Program-made: the position numbers and the translations under genes
The notes under the pieces: model-generated
The model's database searches: none
Told to the model about the DNA's origin: nothing
What the model saw: the letters and a program-made list of their open reading frames with translations, nothing else
Source: Bacteroidales bacterium
GTDB taxonomy: Bacteria > Bacteroidota > Bacteroidia > Bacteroidales > F082
Reading direction: 5' to 3'
Assembly (NCBI GenBank): GCA_045612025.1
Contig: JAZKYG010000020.1
Location: 1-60,399, forward strand
DNA length: 60,399 nucleotides
Shown here: piece by piece, positions 36,145 through 45,598 of the stretch
Layout of the letters: every line of letters starts with the position of its first letter
How positions within the stretch are numbered: the stretch's first letter is position 1

Positions 36145-38283
36145 ATGAATACAAAAGCTAAATTCATCGTCATGGGAAGCATGATCACATTATTCGGTTG
36201 CAGCCAGCCTGCTAAATATTCTGTAAAAGAATATCCTGAAACAAGAAAAGACCTCACTGTCGTTGACGAATATTTTGGAACAAAAGTCGCCGACCCTTAT
36301 CGTTGGCTAGAAAACGACACCACAGCTGAAACAGCACAATGGGTTGATGCTCAACGTGCAGTTACAGAAGATTATCTCTCACATATTCCTTTCCGTGAAA
36401 ATATCAAAAACCGTCTCACCGACTTAGTCAACTACGAGCGTTACAGTCTTCCTTCAAAACGCTTCGGTCGTTATATCTTCTCAAAGAACGACGGCCTCCA
36501 AAACCAGAATGTCATTTACATCCAAAACGCCTTAGATGAAGAGCCATCTGTCCTCCTCGACCCTAACACCTTGTCAGACGACGGCACTGTTGCTTTGAGC
36601 GGAACATTCCAATCCAACGACGGCAAGTATCTCGCCTACAGCATCCAACGCAGCGGTTCCGACTGGGTAGAAATTTACGTCATGGACATCGCTACTCGCG
36701 AACTTCTCACAGACCACATCCAATGGGCTAAGTTCACAGGCGCTTCTTGGTATAAAGACGGTTTCTTCTATGGAGCATACGACCGTCCTGAAGAAGGCAA
36801 GGAATTCAGCAACGTAAATGAAAACCATAAGATTTATTATCATAAGCTCGGCACTCCTCAAGAAGAAGACGTCTTGTTCTACGAAAACCCAGAACAGCCA
36901 CGCTACTTCCATACAGTGTCACTCACCGATGATGAGAAATATATGTTTATGTTCGAAAGCGGTCAAGGCGCAGGACATACTTTGTGGATAAGAGACATGC
37001 AAAATCCTAAAGGCAAATTCGAACAGATCGGATTCGACATGAATTATGGTTATAGCCCAATCGATGTCATTGACGGAACATTATACATCTCAACAAATTA
37101 CAACGCACCTAAAGGCAAGATATGTAAGGTCGATGTGAATAACCCTAAGATGGAAAACTGGGTTGAGATTATTCCTGAAAATGAAAACGTCATCGCCGGC
37201 ATCAACCTCGCTGACGGCAAGATGATTGTCACCTACGACCAAGACGCCTCACATCATTCTTACGTCTACACTATGGACGGCGAGATGTTACACGAGATTG
37301 CATTGCCAACATACGGCGCTATCGGCATCAGCAGCGACTATAAGGAAAAAGAAATATTCTACGCATTCACCTCTTTCGCTTTCCCAACAACAATCTACAG
37401 CTATAACATCGACGACAACACTTCGGAAGTATTCCGCGCTCCTGCCATCGACTTCAAATCAGAAGATTACGTCACAGAACAAGTCTTCGTCACCTCAAAA
37501 GACGGCACTAAGGTTCCTATGTTCTTGACATACAGAAAAGACCTTAAGAAAGACGGCAACAACCCAGCATTGCTTTACGGTTACGGCGGTTTCAACATTA
37601 CCTTAAACCCAAGTTTCTCAACATCACGTCTTCCATTCATTGAAAACGGCGGCATCTACGCACAGATGAACCTTCGTGGCGGCAATGAATACGGAGAAGA
37701 ATGGCATATCGCAGGAACTAAGTTACAGAAACAAAATGTCTTCGACGACTGTATAGCATGTGCTGAATATCTCATCGACAACGGATACAGCTCACCGAAA
37801 TATCTAGCAGTCAACGGCGGTTCTAACGGCGGTCTGTTAGTCGGAGCTGTGGTTAACCAACGTCCTGACTTATTCGCAGCAGCAGTGCCACAAGTAGGCG
37901 TGATGGATATGTTACGTTATCATTTGTTCACAATCGGCTGGAACTGGGCCAGCGACTACGGCACCAGCGACGAAAGCAAGGAGATGTTTGAAGCACTTTA
38001 TGCATATTCACCATTACATACAATCCAAAACGGAGAGGATGTCAACTACCCTGCTATTATGGTGACTACAGCAGATCACGACGACCGCGTTGTTCCTGCT
38101 CACTCATTCAAATACGCAGCTGCATTACAAGACGCACAGACAGGCGACAATGTCAAAATCATCAGAATCGACAGCAAAGCAGGTCACGGTGCAGGCAAAC
38201 CAATATCTAAGGTCATTGAAGAACAAGCCGATATCTACTCATTTATTTTATATAACATGGGATTGGAATATAATGTAAAATGA
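36145..38283 (+). CDS. Prolyl oligopeptidase (S9A) lipoprotein
   Basis: Lipobox TLFGCS, DPYRWLEN, the catalytic GGSNGGLL motif, and DDRV...H near the C-terminus. Confidence 0.92.
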   Translation: MNTKAKFIVMGSMITLFGCSQPAKYSVKEYPETRKDLTVVDEYFGTKVADPYRWLENDTTAETAQWVDAQRAVTEDYLSHIPFRENIKNRLTDLVNYERYSLPSKRFGRYIFSKNDGLQNQNVIYIQNALDEEPSVLLDPNTLSDDGTVALSGTFQSNDGKYLAYSIQRSGSDWVEIYVMDIATRELLTDHIQWAKFTGASWYKDGFFYGAYDRPEEGKEFSNVNENHKIYYHKLGTPQEEDVLFYENPEQPRYFHTVSLTDDEKYMFMFESGQGAGHTLWIRDMQNPKGKFEQIGFDMNYGYSPIDVIDGTLYISTNYNAPKGKICKVDVNNPKMENWVEIIPENENVIAGINLADGKMIVTYDQDASHHSYVYTMDGEMLHEIALPTYGAIGISSDYKEKEIFYAFTSFAFPTTIYSYNIDDNTSEVFRAPAIDFKSEDYVTEQVFVTSKDGTKVPMFLTYRKDLKKDGNNPALLYGYGGFNITLNPSFSTSRLPFIENGGIYAQMNLRGGNEYGEEWHIAGTKLQKQNVFDDCIACAEYLIDNGYSSPKYLAVNGGSNGGLLVGAVVNQRPDLFAAAVPQVGVMDMLRYHLFTIGWNWASDYGTSDESKEMFEALYAYSPLHTIQNGEDVNYPAIMVTTADHDDRVVPAHSFKYAAALQDAQTGDNVKIIRIDSKAGHGAGKPISKVIEEQADIYSFILYNMGLEYNVK

Positions 38284-38287
38284 ACTT

Positions 38288-39127
38288 ATGATAAAAATAA
38301 CAGATAAATCTGGATTGATACTCGAAGGTGGAGGCATGAGAGGTGTCTTCACCTCCGGAGTATTGGACTGTTTCATGGACAATGGGATACGTTTCCCTTA
38401 CACAATAGGCGTCAGCGCCGGCGCATGCAACGGTCTGTCTTACATCTCAAACCAAAGAGGCAGAGCCAAGTTCAGCAACATCGATTTGCTGGAACAATAT
38501 AATTACATCGGAATAAAACACCTCTTGAAGAAAGGCAATATCATGGATTTTGACTTGCTGTTCCACACCTTCCCTAACGAAATCATTCCATACGACTACG
38601 AACGATTGGCAAATTATGAAGGTCATTACGAGATGGTTACAACGAGTTGTAAGACCGGCAAAGCCTGTTATTTTGAAGAAAAGAAAAATCCTGAGAGAGT
38701 CATTGACATTGTGAAGGCCTCAAGCAGCCTTCCTTTCGTATGCCCTATATCATACGTCGACGGCGAACCAATGTTAGACGGCGGCATCGCCAGTTCCATT
38801 CCAATCATGCGGGCAAGAGAGTTGGGCTACGACAACAACGTCGTGGTTCTCACTCGCAACAGAGGATATCGCAAGACAGAGAAAGACATGAAGTACGTTT
38901 CTCTGTTCTACAAGAAATATCCTGCGATGCAAGAAGCTATCAGAAATCGCAACAGAATATACAATGAAGAAATAAGTCTAATTGAAAGGCTGGAAGACGC
39001 TGGAGAAATCATCGTCATCCGCCCTCAGAAACCAATAGAAGTCGACAGAATGGAACGCGACAGCAAGAAACTGATCGCACTATACGAAGAAGGATATAAT
39101 CTGGCAATGAGAACTTTAGAATTTTAG
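38288..39127 (+). CDS. Patatin-like phospholipase
   Basis: GGGMRG oxyanion motif, GVSAGA nucleophile elbow, and DGG. Confidence 0.88.
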   Translation: MIKITDKSGLILEGGGMRGVFTSGVLDCFMDNGIRFPYTIGVSAGACNGLSYISNQRGRAKFSNIDLLEQYNYIGIKHLLKKGNIMDFDLLFHTFPNEIIPYDYERLANYEGHYEMVTTSCKTGKACYFEEKKNPERVIDIVKASSSLPFVCPISYVDGEPMLDGGIASSIPIMRARELGYDNNVVVLTRNRGYRKTEKDMKYVSLFYKKYPAMQEAIRNRNRIYNEEISLIERLEDAGEIIVIRPQKPIEVDRMERDSKKLIALYEEGYNLAMRTLEF

Positions 39128-39185
39128 AACTTTAGAACTTTAAAACTTTAGAATTCTAGAGTTTTAGAGTTTTAGAGTTCTAAAA
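39110..39185. repeat. 8-nt period AGAACTTT/AGAGTTTT arrays in inverted orientation around GAATTC
   Basis: The left array begins inside the patatin CDS and encodes its last residues, RTLEF*. The two arms match at about 28 of 33 positions and could form a long hairpin spanning 39124..39185. Confidence 0.9.
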
Positions 39186-39674
39186 TCAAACTGTCACCAA
39201 CAGCATCGCCTCGATATCTTTTTCAAGACGACTCGGTTTGACAGTAGGCGCATAACGTTTTATCTTTCTGCCATCTGGAGAGATGAGAAACTTGGTAAAG
39301 TTCCATTTGATGTCATCGCCCAAGATGTTTTTCGTCTTTTCTTTTAAAAACGTATATATAGGCGAAGCATTCTCGCCATTCACGTCAATCTTCTTCATCA
39401 TCTGAAATGTCACGCCATAGTTGACCTGGCAGAAATTACTTATCTCCTCATCGCTCCATGGATCCTGTTGTGCAAACTGATTGCAAGGAAATCCCAAGAT
39501 GACGAGACCTTTATCTCTATACTTTTTATTCAACTCTTCGAGACCAGCGAACTGAGGTGTGAAGCCACACTTGCTTGCGGTATTAACAATCAACAAAACC
39601 TTGCCTCTGAATTGATTGAAATCCAACTCTTTTCCGTTTGAAGTCAGGGCCTTAAAGTCATATATCGTACTCAT
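39186..39674 (-). CDS. Glutathione peroxidase (Cys type)
   Basis: NTASKCGFTPQ and LGFPCNQF motifs. Confidence 0.92.
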   Translation of the reverse strand: MSTIYDFKALTSNGKELDFNQFRGKVLLIVNTASKCGFTPQFAGLEELNKKYRDKGLVILGFPCNQFAQQDPWSDEEISNFCQVNYGVTFQMMKKIDVNGENASPIYTFLKEKTKNILGDDIKWNFTKFLISPDGRKIKRYAPTVKPSRLEKDIEAMLLVTV

Positions 39675-39761
39675 AGCTAGCAAAATTTATTTTTATTAAT
39701 AAACCATTGTTTATTTGAAATGTTCAGGTTTAAATAGTAAATTTGCTCATAATTTTCAAAT

Positions 39762-41396
39762 ATGGATAAGTCAGTATTTCAAGTAAGCGGACAAATCGTC
39801 GATGTGATAAATTCCCGTATTTTCAAAGGAACTGTATTTGTTGAAAACGGTAAGATTGTCGATATTATAGAAAAAGATAATGACAGCAATCAGATCATAA
39901 TGCCAGGTCTTGTCGATTCTCATATCCACATCGAAAGCTCGTTACTTGTACCAACCGAGTTTGCCCGACTCGCCTCCGTCCATGGCACTGTCGCTACTGT
40001 CAGCGACCCTCACGAGATAGCCAATGTCTTAGGAATCGAAGGCGTGAAATACATGATAGAGACAGGAAAGAAATCCCCTATGAAATTCTACTTCGGAGCT
40101 CCGAGCTGCGTGCCTGCCACATCATTCGAGACATCAGGCGCTGTCTTGGATTCCAAGGCTGTCGACGAACTTCTTTCCATAGACGACATAAAATATCTCG
40201 GCGAGATGATGAATTATCCTGGCGTCATCTTCGAGGATGAAGAAGTCATCAAAAAGATAGAGTCAGCGAAACGACATAACAAACCTATCGACGGACACGC
40301 TCCGCTTCTAAGCGGCAACGATTTGATAAAATATTGCAGCACAGGAATAACGACAGACCACGAATGCTCTAACATTCAAGAAGCTCGTGAGAAAATAGCT
40401 CTAGGAATGAGAATACAGATTCGTGAGGGCAGCGCTGCAAAAAACTTCAACGCTCTCATTCCTTTAATAAAAGAACGTCCTGATAAGATTATGTTCTGTT
40501 CTGATGATATGCATCCTCACGAATTTATCAACGGTCATATCGACAGACTCATAACAAAAGCCATATCATTAGGTTATGACACCTTAGATGTCATAAAAGC
40601 CGCTACATTGAATCCAGTAAGGCATTATAATCTCGAAGTCGGACTATTACAGAAAAACGATCCAGCCGACTTTATCATTATCGACAACTTCAAAGATTTC
40701 AATGTCTTAAAGACTTATATCGACGGAAATTTAGTGGCTGAAAATTACAAGTCGCTGATACCAGTTCACGAAGTTGAGAACACAAATAACTTCGCTGCAG
40801 AGAAAGTCCTGATTAAAGATTTCAGAATTGCTGACGAAGGAAAAGACATCAAGATCATCAATGCTATAAGCGGAGAGATTCTGACAGAAAGACTCATCGG
40901 CAGAGCAAAAAGCGTCAATAACAACCTGGTGAGCGATGTTGATAACGACATACTTAAGATAGCCGTCATAAACCGTTATGAGAAAAAGAAAATCGCTTTA
41001 GGCTTCATCAAGAATTTTGGTTTGAAGAAAGGAGCGATTGCTTCAAGTGTAGCACACGACAGCCATAACATCGTTGTTATCGGATGCAGCGATGAGGAAT
41101 TGACAAGAGCTGCTAATATGATTATCAAATCGAAAGGAGGACTGGTAACATGGAGCTACGATCAACACAAATGCATTCCGCTTCCTATCGCAGGTCTTAT
41201 GACAAATCAAAACGGATATAAGATTGCCGGCGACTACCGTATGCTCGTCGCCTTGGCACATGAGTTCGGTTCGACACTCAACGACCCATTCATGACGATG
41301 GGATTCATGTCATTGCTCGTGATACCAAAACTGAAACTCAGCGACAAAGGACTCTTCGACTGCGAGAAATTCGAACTCACAACACTATTTGAATAA
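39762..41396 (+). CDS. ade: Adenine deaminase
   Basis: PGLVDSHIHIESS, an amidohydrolase fold, and a size of 544 aa. Confidence 0.88.
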   Translation: MDKSVFQVSGQIVDVINSRIFKGTVFVENGKIVDIIEKDNDSNQIIMPGLVDSHIHIESSLLVPTEFARLASVHGTVATVSDPHEIANVLGIEGVKYMIETGKKSPMKFYFGAPSCVPATSFETSGAVLDSKAVDELLSIDDIKYLGEMMNYPGVIFEDEEVIKKIESAKRHNKPIDGHAPLLSGNDLIKYCSTGITTDHECSNIQEAREKIALGMRIQIREGSAAKNFNALIPLIKERPDKIMFCSDDMHPHEFINGHIDRLITKAISLGYDTLDVIKAATLNPVRHYNLEVGLLQKNDPADFIIIDNFKDFNVLKTYIDGNLVAENYKSLIPVHEVENTNNFAAEKVLIKDFRIADEGKDIKIINAISGEILTERLIGRAKSVNNNLVSDVDNDILKIAVINRYEKKKIALGFIKNFGLKKGAIASSVAHDSHNIVVIGCSDEELTRAANMIIKSKGGLVTWSYDQHKCIPLPIAGLMTNQNGYKIAGDYRMLVALAHEFGSTLNDPFMTMGFMSLLVIPKLKLSDKGLFDCEKFELTTLFE

Positions 41397-41466
41397 AATT
41401 CAAAACCTCAGAAATTCAAAACCTCAGAATATTTTGAGTTTTTGAATTTTTGAATTTCTAAAATAA
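41397..41466. repeat. AATTCAAAACCTCAGA arrays with an inverted copy
   Basis: AAATTCAAAACCTCAGAAATTCAAAACCTCAGAAT is followed by ATTTTGAGTTTTTGAATTTTTGAATTTCT. The element lies between convergent genes. Confidence 0.85.
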
Positions 41467-41467
41467 C

Positions 41468-43192
41468 TCAAAACTTCCAGCTCTCTTCCAAATCGATGTC
41501 CCAGTTTGCCTTGACATCGAAGACATCTTTATGGAAATATACAGGCTCCGGCAAGAGTTTCTTTCCGTAGTCTCCTGATGACCATCTGCCGTTACCGTCT
41601 TTATCAAGTATAGCCTTAAGCTTATATTTCTTTGGGGAGAGATATCTGAATTCAATCTTCTTTGTTTCGTCAACTATCTGTCTCGCAACAAATTTATCCT
41701 TGTCGTCAAGAAGCTCCACTATGATCTGAGGCACGTTTTCTGGAACTTCCACCGTGACGAAAATATTTCCATATTGAGCAAGTTCAGGGACCTTGAAAGC
41801 AAACTCCGTCGTGTCGTTAGTCACGCCTTTAAAACTATAAAACACCGAATCAGGAACGATTATCTTATACGATTTTTCAGGAATAAAAGTCTTGTCAAGT
41901 TTATATTTCAGTCCGAAAGAATCAAGTCTAACAAAATTCAAGTCATTGATTATTGTATCTTTATCAACGATATACCAAGTAGTGTCACGCATCATGACAT
42001 CAGTGACAGGTTCTTTGAAAGTCAAGATCAAATCTTGTTCAGGATTCAACCTGCCAGATATTATATTTGTCCTTATCTCCAACGATTTTGCGACTGTCTC
42101 TGTCTTGGTCTTTCTTCCTCCGGATTTACGAGGTTTCAGACTTAAAAGAGTAGTGTCGTTGATTAAAGTATCGTAATTGACGGCAAATAAAAGACTATCT
42201 TTATTTGGAGTGAAATACCAGTTGATAGTATCGTAATTTGCTGAATATGTTTTTAATATATTGAAGGTATCAGGCAATGATTCCAAGACTTCCATCTTGA
42301 CATCCTGCGCTGGGCGATTGAAGACAAAACGAAGAAGTCCTTCTTCCACGATTTCTTTCTTAAGCAGTTTTTGAATAGTGTCTTCTTCTAAGAATGAATA
42401 TAAAACAAGAGGTTCTATTTTATTAACTTCCTGTTTAACAGAATCATTTGACAAAGAGTCATTATGAATTATGAATTGTGCATTCTGAACTGGTCTTACA
42501 AGACTATCCAAAAATGCGATACCTTCGTTCGGCAAATCGAATCTCATATTTGAGTTTTCATCCTTCAAGGCAAAGATGAGATAATCACCTTCTTTCAAGC
42601 CAGAGAATTTGAAATTACCCTCTTTATCACTTTTTGCTGCATAATAAGGTTTAATGAAATAAGGAAGAGAGTCAATGCTAAGTGTGTCATTAACATCAGA
42701 ATAAAGCATCACAAAATAATCGGCTGAAGGCTTATGATCGACAGCCTGGAGCAGCTTTCCTTCTAATGTTAGAGTGTCGATATTATCGCCTGTAGAAAAG
42801 ACAAAGGAATAATTTTTAAACACATTGCCCTCATGAAGATCTTTGATGGCTTCTCCAAAATTTATTGAATAGGTAACATCAGACTTCAACGCTTCCTTAA
42901 ATCTAATTATCAACGACTTGCCGCTAAGCTTATATTCCGGATTATTCTCCAAGGGAGGCGAGATAAAAATATTGCTGTTTGGATTATTGAGAGTCACATA
43001 TTCATCAAATGTGATATGTATTTCCTTATCGTGAAAGTTAACCGACTGGTTTTCAGGAAGAGAATGTAATACTACAGGTGGTATTTTATCTTTCGGACCG
43101 CCCGATGGCGAAACGACATTAGCGCATCGCATGAAACTCAACATCAAAATGAATGCGAGACAGCTAAATATATATTGAGAGATTTTTTTCAT
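41468..43192 (-). CDS. Ig-like-domain lipoprotein
   Basis: Lipobox LSFMRC, followed by the SPSGGPKDKIPPVV motif common in Bacteroidota Ig-like lipoproteins. Confidence 0.75.
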   Translation of the reverse strand: MKKISQYIFSCLAFILMLSFMRCANVVSPSGGPKDKIPPVVLHSLPENQSVNFHDKEIHITFDEYVTLNNPNSNIFISPPLENNPEYKLSGKSLIIRFKEALKSDVTYSINFGEAIKDLHEGNVFKNYSFVFSTGDNIDTLTLEGKLLQAVDHKPSADYFVMLYSDVNDTLSIDSLPYFIKPYYAAKSDKEGNFKFSGLKEGDYLIFALKDENSNMRFDLPNEGIAFLDSLVRPVQNAQFIIHNDSLSNDSVKQEVNKIEPLVLYSFLEEDTIQKLLKKEIVEEGLLRFVFNRPAQDVKMEVLESLPDTFNILKTYSANYDTINWYFTPNKDSLLFAVNYDTLINDTTLLSLKPRKSGGRKTKTETVAKSLEIRTNIISGRLNPEQDLILTFKEPVTDVMMRDTTWYIVDKDTIINDLNFVRLDSFGLKYKLDKTFIPEKSYKIIVPDSVFYSFKGVTNDTTEFAFKVPELAQYGNIFVTVEVPENVPQIIVELLDDKDKFVARQIVDETKKIEFRYLSPKKYKLKAILDKDGNGRWSSGDYGKKLLPEPVYFHKDVFDVKANWDIDLEESWKF

Positions 43193-43205
43193 AATTGCAA
43201 AGATA

Positions 43206-43239
43206 GAAAAAGGCAAAAGGCAAAAGGCAAAAGACAAAA
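43206..43239. repeat. AGGCAAA heptamer array
   Basis: AAAAAGGCAAAAGGCAAAAGGCAAAAGACAAAAG. A related tract lies at 46476..46505. Confidence 0.85.
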
Positions 43240-43312
43240 GATTTTTTTGCCAACGCCTAATTAATGAGACGCATCAATGTTTGTTTATTTTTATCGTATC
43301 ATTGATACGTCT

Positions 43313-44026
43313 CTACAAATCATTCCTTACTCCTAATTTATCAAAAGTAAATCCTCTTTCCACATAATATTCAAGGACTTTTGTAAGTGCTGGAATCATA
43401 TTGTTTACTGCTTTTTCGCTGTCGTGAAAGACGATGATACTTCCGTCGTCGGCATTTTTTATCACATTATTAAAACAATCCTCCTGACTTAAAGACTTAT
43501 CCCAATCGTAAGATATCACAGTCCAAGCCACTATTTTAAATTCTGGAATTCTAGAACTCTCGAACTTTAGAAGTTCAGATTTATCTTTAATTTCTAAACT
43601 TCTGAGGTTCTGAGATTTTGAATTTCTGAGCTTTTTAATCAATCTGATTTGTGATGATTTGATCCTTCCATGAGGCGGACGGAAAAGAGGCGATTGTATC
43701 AAAGCGTCGGCTTGTTCTACGGAATTTATGTAATCTTTGGTTTTTGTCTTCCATCCTCTTTCGTGATTGAAAGTATGATTTCCGACGGCATGACCTTCAT
43801 TCTTAATCAGTTCGAAAGTATCTTTATATTTATTAACATTATTGCCGATGCAGAAGAAAGTCGCTTTAGCGTTAAATTTCTTTAAGATTTCAAGAACCTG
43901 CGGAGTTATAGTTGGATGCGGACCGTCATCGAAAGTGAGGTAAAGTTTTTTCTCACCCTTAGGCATTTCCCAAAGAAATGAAGGATAGAACAGTCTTAAT
44001 ATTTTCGGAGTCGTGATGAGGCGCAT
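43313..44026 (-). CDS. Polysaccharide deacetylase (NodB/CE4 family) carrying an in-frame repeat insertion
   Basis: TFDDGP, HAVGNHTFNH and LFRPPHG motifs. Its ATG lies 2 nt after the stop of the upstream kinase gene. Confidence 0.88.
   Translation of the reverse strand: MRLITTPKILRLFYPSFLWEMPKGEKKLYLTFDDGPHPTITPQVLEILKKFNAKATFFCIGNNVNKYKDTFELIKNEGHAVGNHTFNHERGWKTKTKDYINSVEQADALIQSPLFRPPHGRIKSSQIRLIKKLRNSKSQNLRSLEIKDKSELLKFESSRIPEFKIVAWTVISYDWDKSLSQEDCFNNVIKNADDGSIIVFHDSEKAVNNMIPALTKVLEYYVERGFTFDKLGVRNDL
43538..43627 (-). repeat. Intergenic-type repeat (TTCTGAG/GAACTTTAG/TCTAGAAC families) embedded in frame in the NodB CDS
   Basis: The plus strand reads ...TTCTAGAACTCTCGAACTTTAGAAGTTCAG...TTCTGAGGTTCTGAGATTTTGAATTTCTGAG. 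It encodes RNSKSQNLRSLEIKDKSELLKFESSRIPEF, between the RPPHG motif and the VAW..DW motif. Confidence 0.85.
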
Positions 44027-44028
44027 AA

Positions 44029-44967
44029 TCAGTTCAATAAATTTAACCTATTTGTGATAATGTCTTTATATGCAATTTTCATTTCATCTGGTAAGAAAGA
44101 AATATCTATAAAGTCGAACCATTTATCTTTTACTTTCAAGAATTTATTAAAAATATTTCCAATAACTTTTTCTTCTAATTCCGACGCCCGCATTGAAATT
44201 TCAAAATCCGATTTTCTAATTTTACGCTTCTTTCCATTCAATGTAAGAGCAAGTTCCTCAATGTCTTCAGGCATAACCAAAGCCGTTGACAACATATCAT
44301 AAGCCGGTGTAAGATTATATAGATGATCGACTTTACTATACAAAGAAAAATTTTTCAGATGCATATCTGCATTACCTGTTATCCATGAAAAAACAACTTG
44401 TTCCCAATAGTTTACTAAATCCAATTTGGGAACAGATGAATATTTTTGTATGACTTTTGCAATTTGTTCATACGAGCCTTTGTACTTATGTTCCGTCAAA
44501 CGTTCTGTAAGCTGACACATATCTTCCATTGCCAATTTTTCACCATTTTCAGTACGATCTATACGTCGTGTTATATAACAAAGTTCACCATCTGAAAACC
44601 GAATCAAACTATGAGGAACAACTTGGATTTTCGCTATTTCAGCTAAATGCATAGTTAAATCCTCTAATTCAGGAAGATTTGCAAAACGTTCCGTCTGAGG
44701 TTTTAGAATATACCTTCCCCACAAACCAACAATTGTGAATCTCTCTGCCTCATTACGACCGCTTTTTTTTATATCCAAAGACAATTTTGCTTGTACGCCT
44801 GTTAATGTCGTTTGGCTACGCACAACCTGTCTTGCAAGTTCGGTAAGATTGTCTCGAGTATAAGGCAACTCTGGAGCTGTTGTTGCACCGAATATTTTTC
44901 TCGAACAAGAACTATGAAAATCTATCTCATTATCAGCAAGCTCTTTATAACAAAACAAACATTTCAT
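44029..44967 (-). CDS. HipA-family Ser/Thr kinase core (HipT-like toxin) with an N-terminal CxxC zinc-ribbon-like segment
   Basis: CLFCYKELADNEIDFHSSC, the Gly-rich loop TLTGVQAKLSL, the catalytic motif GNADMHLKNFS, and TPAYDMLS. Confidence 0.85.
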   Translation of the reverse strand: MKCLFCYKELADNEIDFHSSCSRKIFGATTAPELPYTRDNLTELARQVVRSQTTLTGVQAKLSLDIKKSGRNEAERFTIVGLWGRYILKPQTERFANLPELEDLTMHLAEIAKIQVVPHSLIRFSDGELCYITRRIDRTENGEKLAMEDMCQLTERLTEHKYKGSYEQIAKVIQKYSSVPKLDLVNYWEQVVFSWITGNADMHLKNFSLYSKVDHLYNLTPAYDMLSTALVMPEDIEELALTLNGKKRKIRKSDFEISMRASELEEKVIGNIFNKFLKVKDKWFDFIDISFLPDEMKIAYKDIITNRLNLLN

Positions 44968-44968
44968 A

Positions 44969-45298
44969 CTACTTCTCCTCATTATTTATAAGTTCAACAC
45001 CAACAGCACCAATACAATCTTTACAACATGCCACTAACAACGACATTCTATCACGAGCATCTATTTTCCAATTATTTTCAGCTATATCCAACAACCAGCC
45101 TTCTGGAATAAGTCCGTCAAAAAAGGGGAAAAGAACTTTTTCATTATACGGTTTTTCCGTCAATGGCAATGTTAAACTTATAGCTTCAGCTTTAGTTGAA
45201 TAAAGAAAATTCAAATCATACTGAAATGTATACCCATTCTCATCCTCGGTAAGAATTCCAGCTTTTTCACCTCGTAAAAAAACGGTAGCTTGTTTCAT
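44969..45298 (-). CDS. HipA N-terminal-subdomain-like protein (HipS-like)
   Basis: 109 aa, with VFLRGEKAGILTEDENGYTFQYD...PFFDGLIPEGW, which resembles the N-terminal subdomain of full-length HipA. Its stop lies 1 nt from the kinase ATG. Confidence 0.75.
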   Translation of the reverse strand: MKQATVFLRGEKAGILTEDENGYTFQYDLNFLYSTKAEAISLTLPLTEKPYNEKVLFPFFDGLIPEGWLLDIAENNWKIDARDRMSLLVACCKDCIGAVGVELINNEEK

Positions 45299-45513
45299 AA
45301 TTCAATATCTTTTTCAATCTTAACAACACCCACTTCACATCCGAATAAATTCAAAATCTGATTGACTTTATCTAAACGAAGAGTCTGTTTGCCTTGTTCA
45401 AGTTCTCTAACAAAACGAAGACCGACACCTGATTTCTCAGACAAGTCAATTTGCGTGAGATTATACTGCTTACGCATTATTTTTACATATTTTGATAAAC
45501 TGCTTTGTTCCAT
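45295..45513 (-). CDS. XRE-family helix-turn-helix regulator (HipB-like)
   Basis: MRKQYNLTQIDLSEKSGVGLRFVRELEQGKQTLRLDKVNQIL. It overlaps the next ORF by 4 nt. I chose ATG 45513, which lies downstream of a TATATTTG box. Confidence 0.8.
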   Translation of the reverse strand: MEQSSLSKYVKIMRKQYNLTQIDLSEKSGVGLRFVRELEQGKQTLRLDKVNQILNLFGCEVGVVKIEKDIEL

Positions 45514-45516
45514 AAT

Positions 45517-45532
45517 TATACCCTTTAGGGTG
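45517..45532. promoter_or_regulatory. Operator-like palindrome 1 (TATACCCTTTAGGGTG)
   Basis: ACCCT-N2-AGGGT inverted repeat between the -7 box and ATG 45513. Confidence 0.5.
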
Positions 45533-45540
45533 CAAATATA
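45533..45540 (-). promoter_or_regulatory. -7 box TATATTTG (minus strand) for the three-gene Hip-like operon
   Basis: It matches TAnnTTTG and lies 19 nt upstream of ATG 45513. Confidence 0.5.
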
Positions 45541-45560
45541 ATTAAAATATTTTATTTTAC

Positions 45561-45575
45561 ACCTTTTCGGGTATA
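45561..45575. promoter_or_regulatory. Operator-like half-site (ACCTTTTCGGGTATA)
   Basis: It contains the GGGTATA half-site shared with the two palindromes. Confidence 0.35.
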
Positions 45576-45598
45576 AAAACACAAGCAAAAGATAATAT

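Noticed and set aside
36066-36257. A 63-aa minus-strand ORF across the divergent promoter region.
   Set aside because: It overlaps both TAnnTTTG boxes and the 5' end of the prolyl oligopeptidase gene, and it has no motif support.
38288-39127. The patatin-like phospholipase could be a CBASS-type or other defence effector.
   Set aside because: There is no cyclase/nucleotidyltransferase, sensor or other defence partner nearby. It is flanked by housekeeping genes (prolyl oligopeptidase, glutathione peroxidase) and appears co-transcribed with the peptidase gene, with a 4-nt gap.
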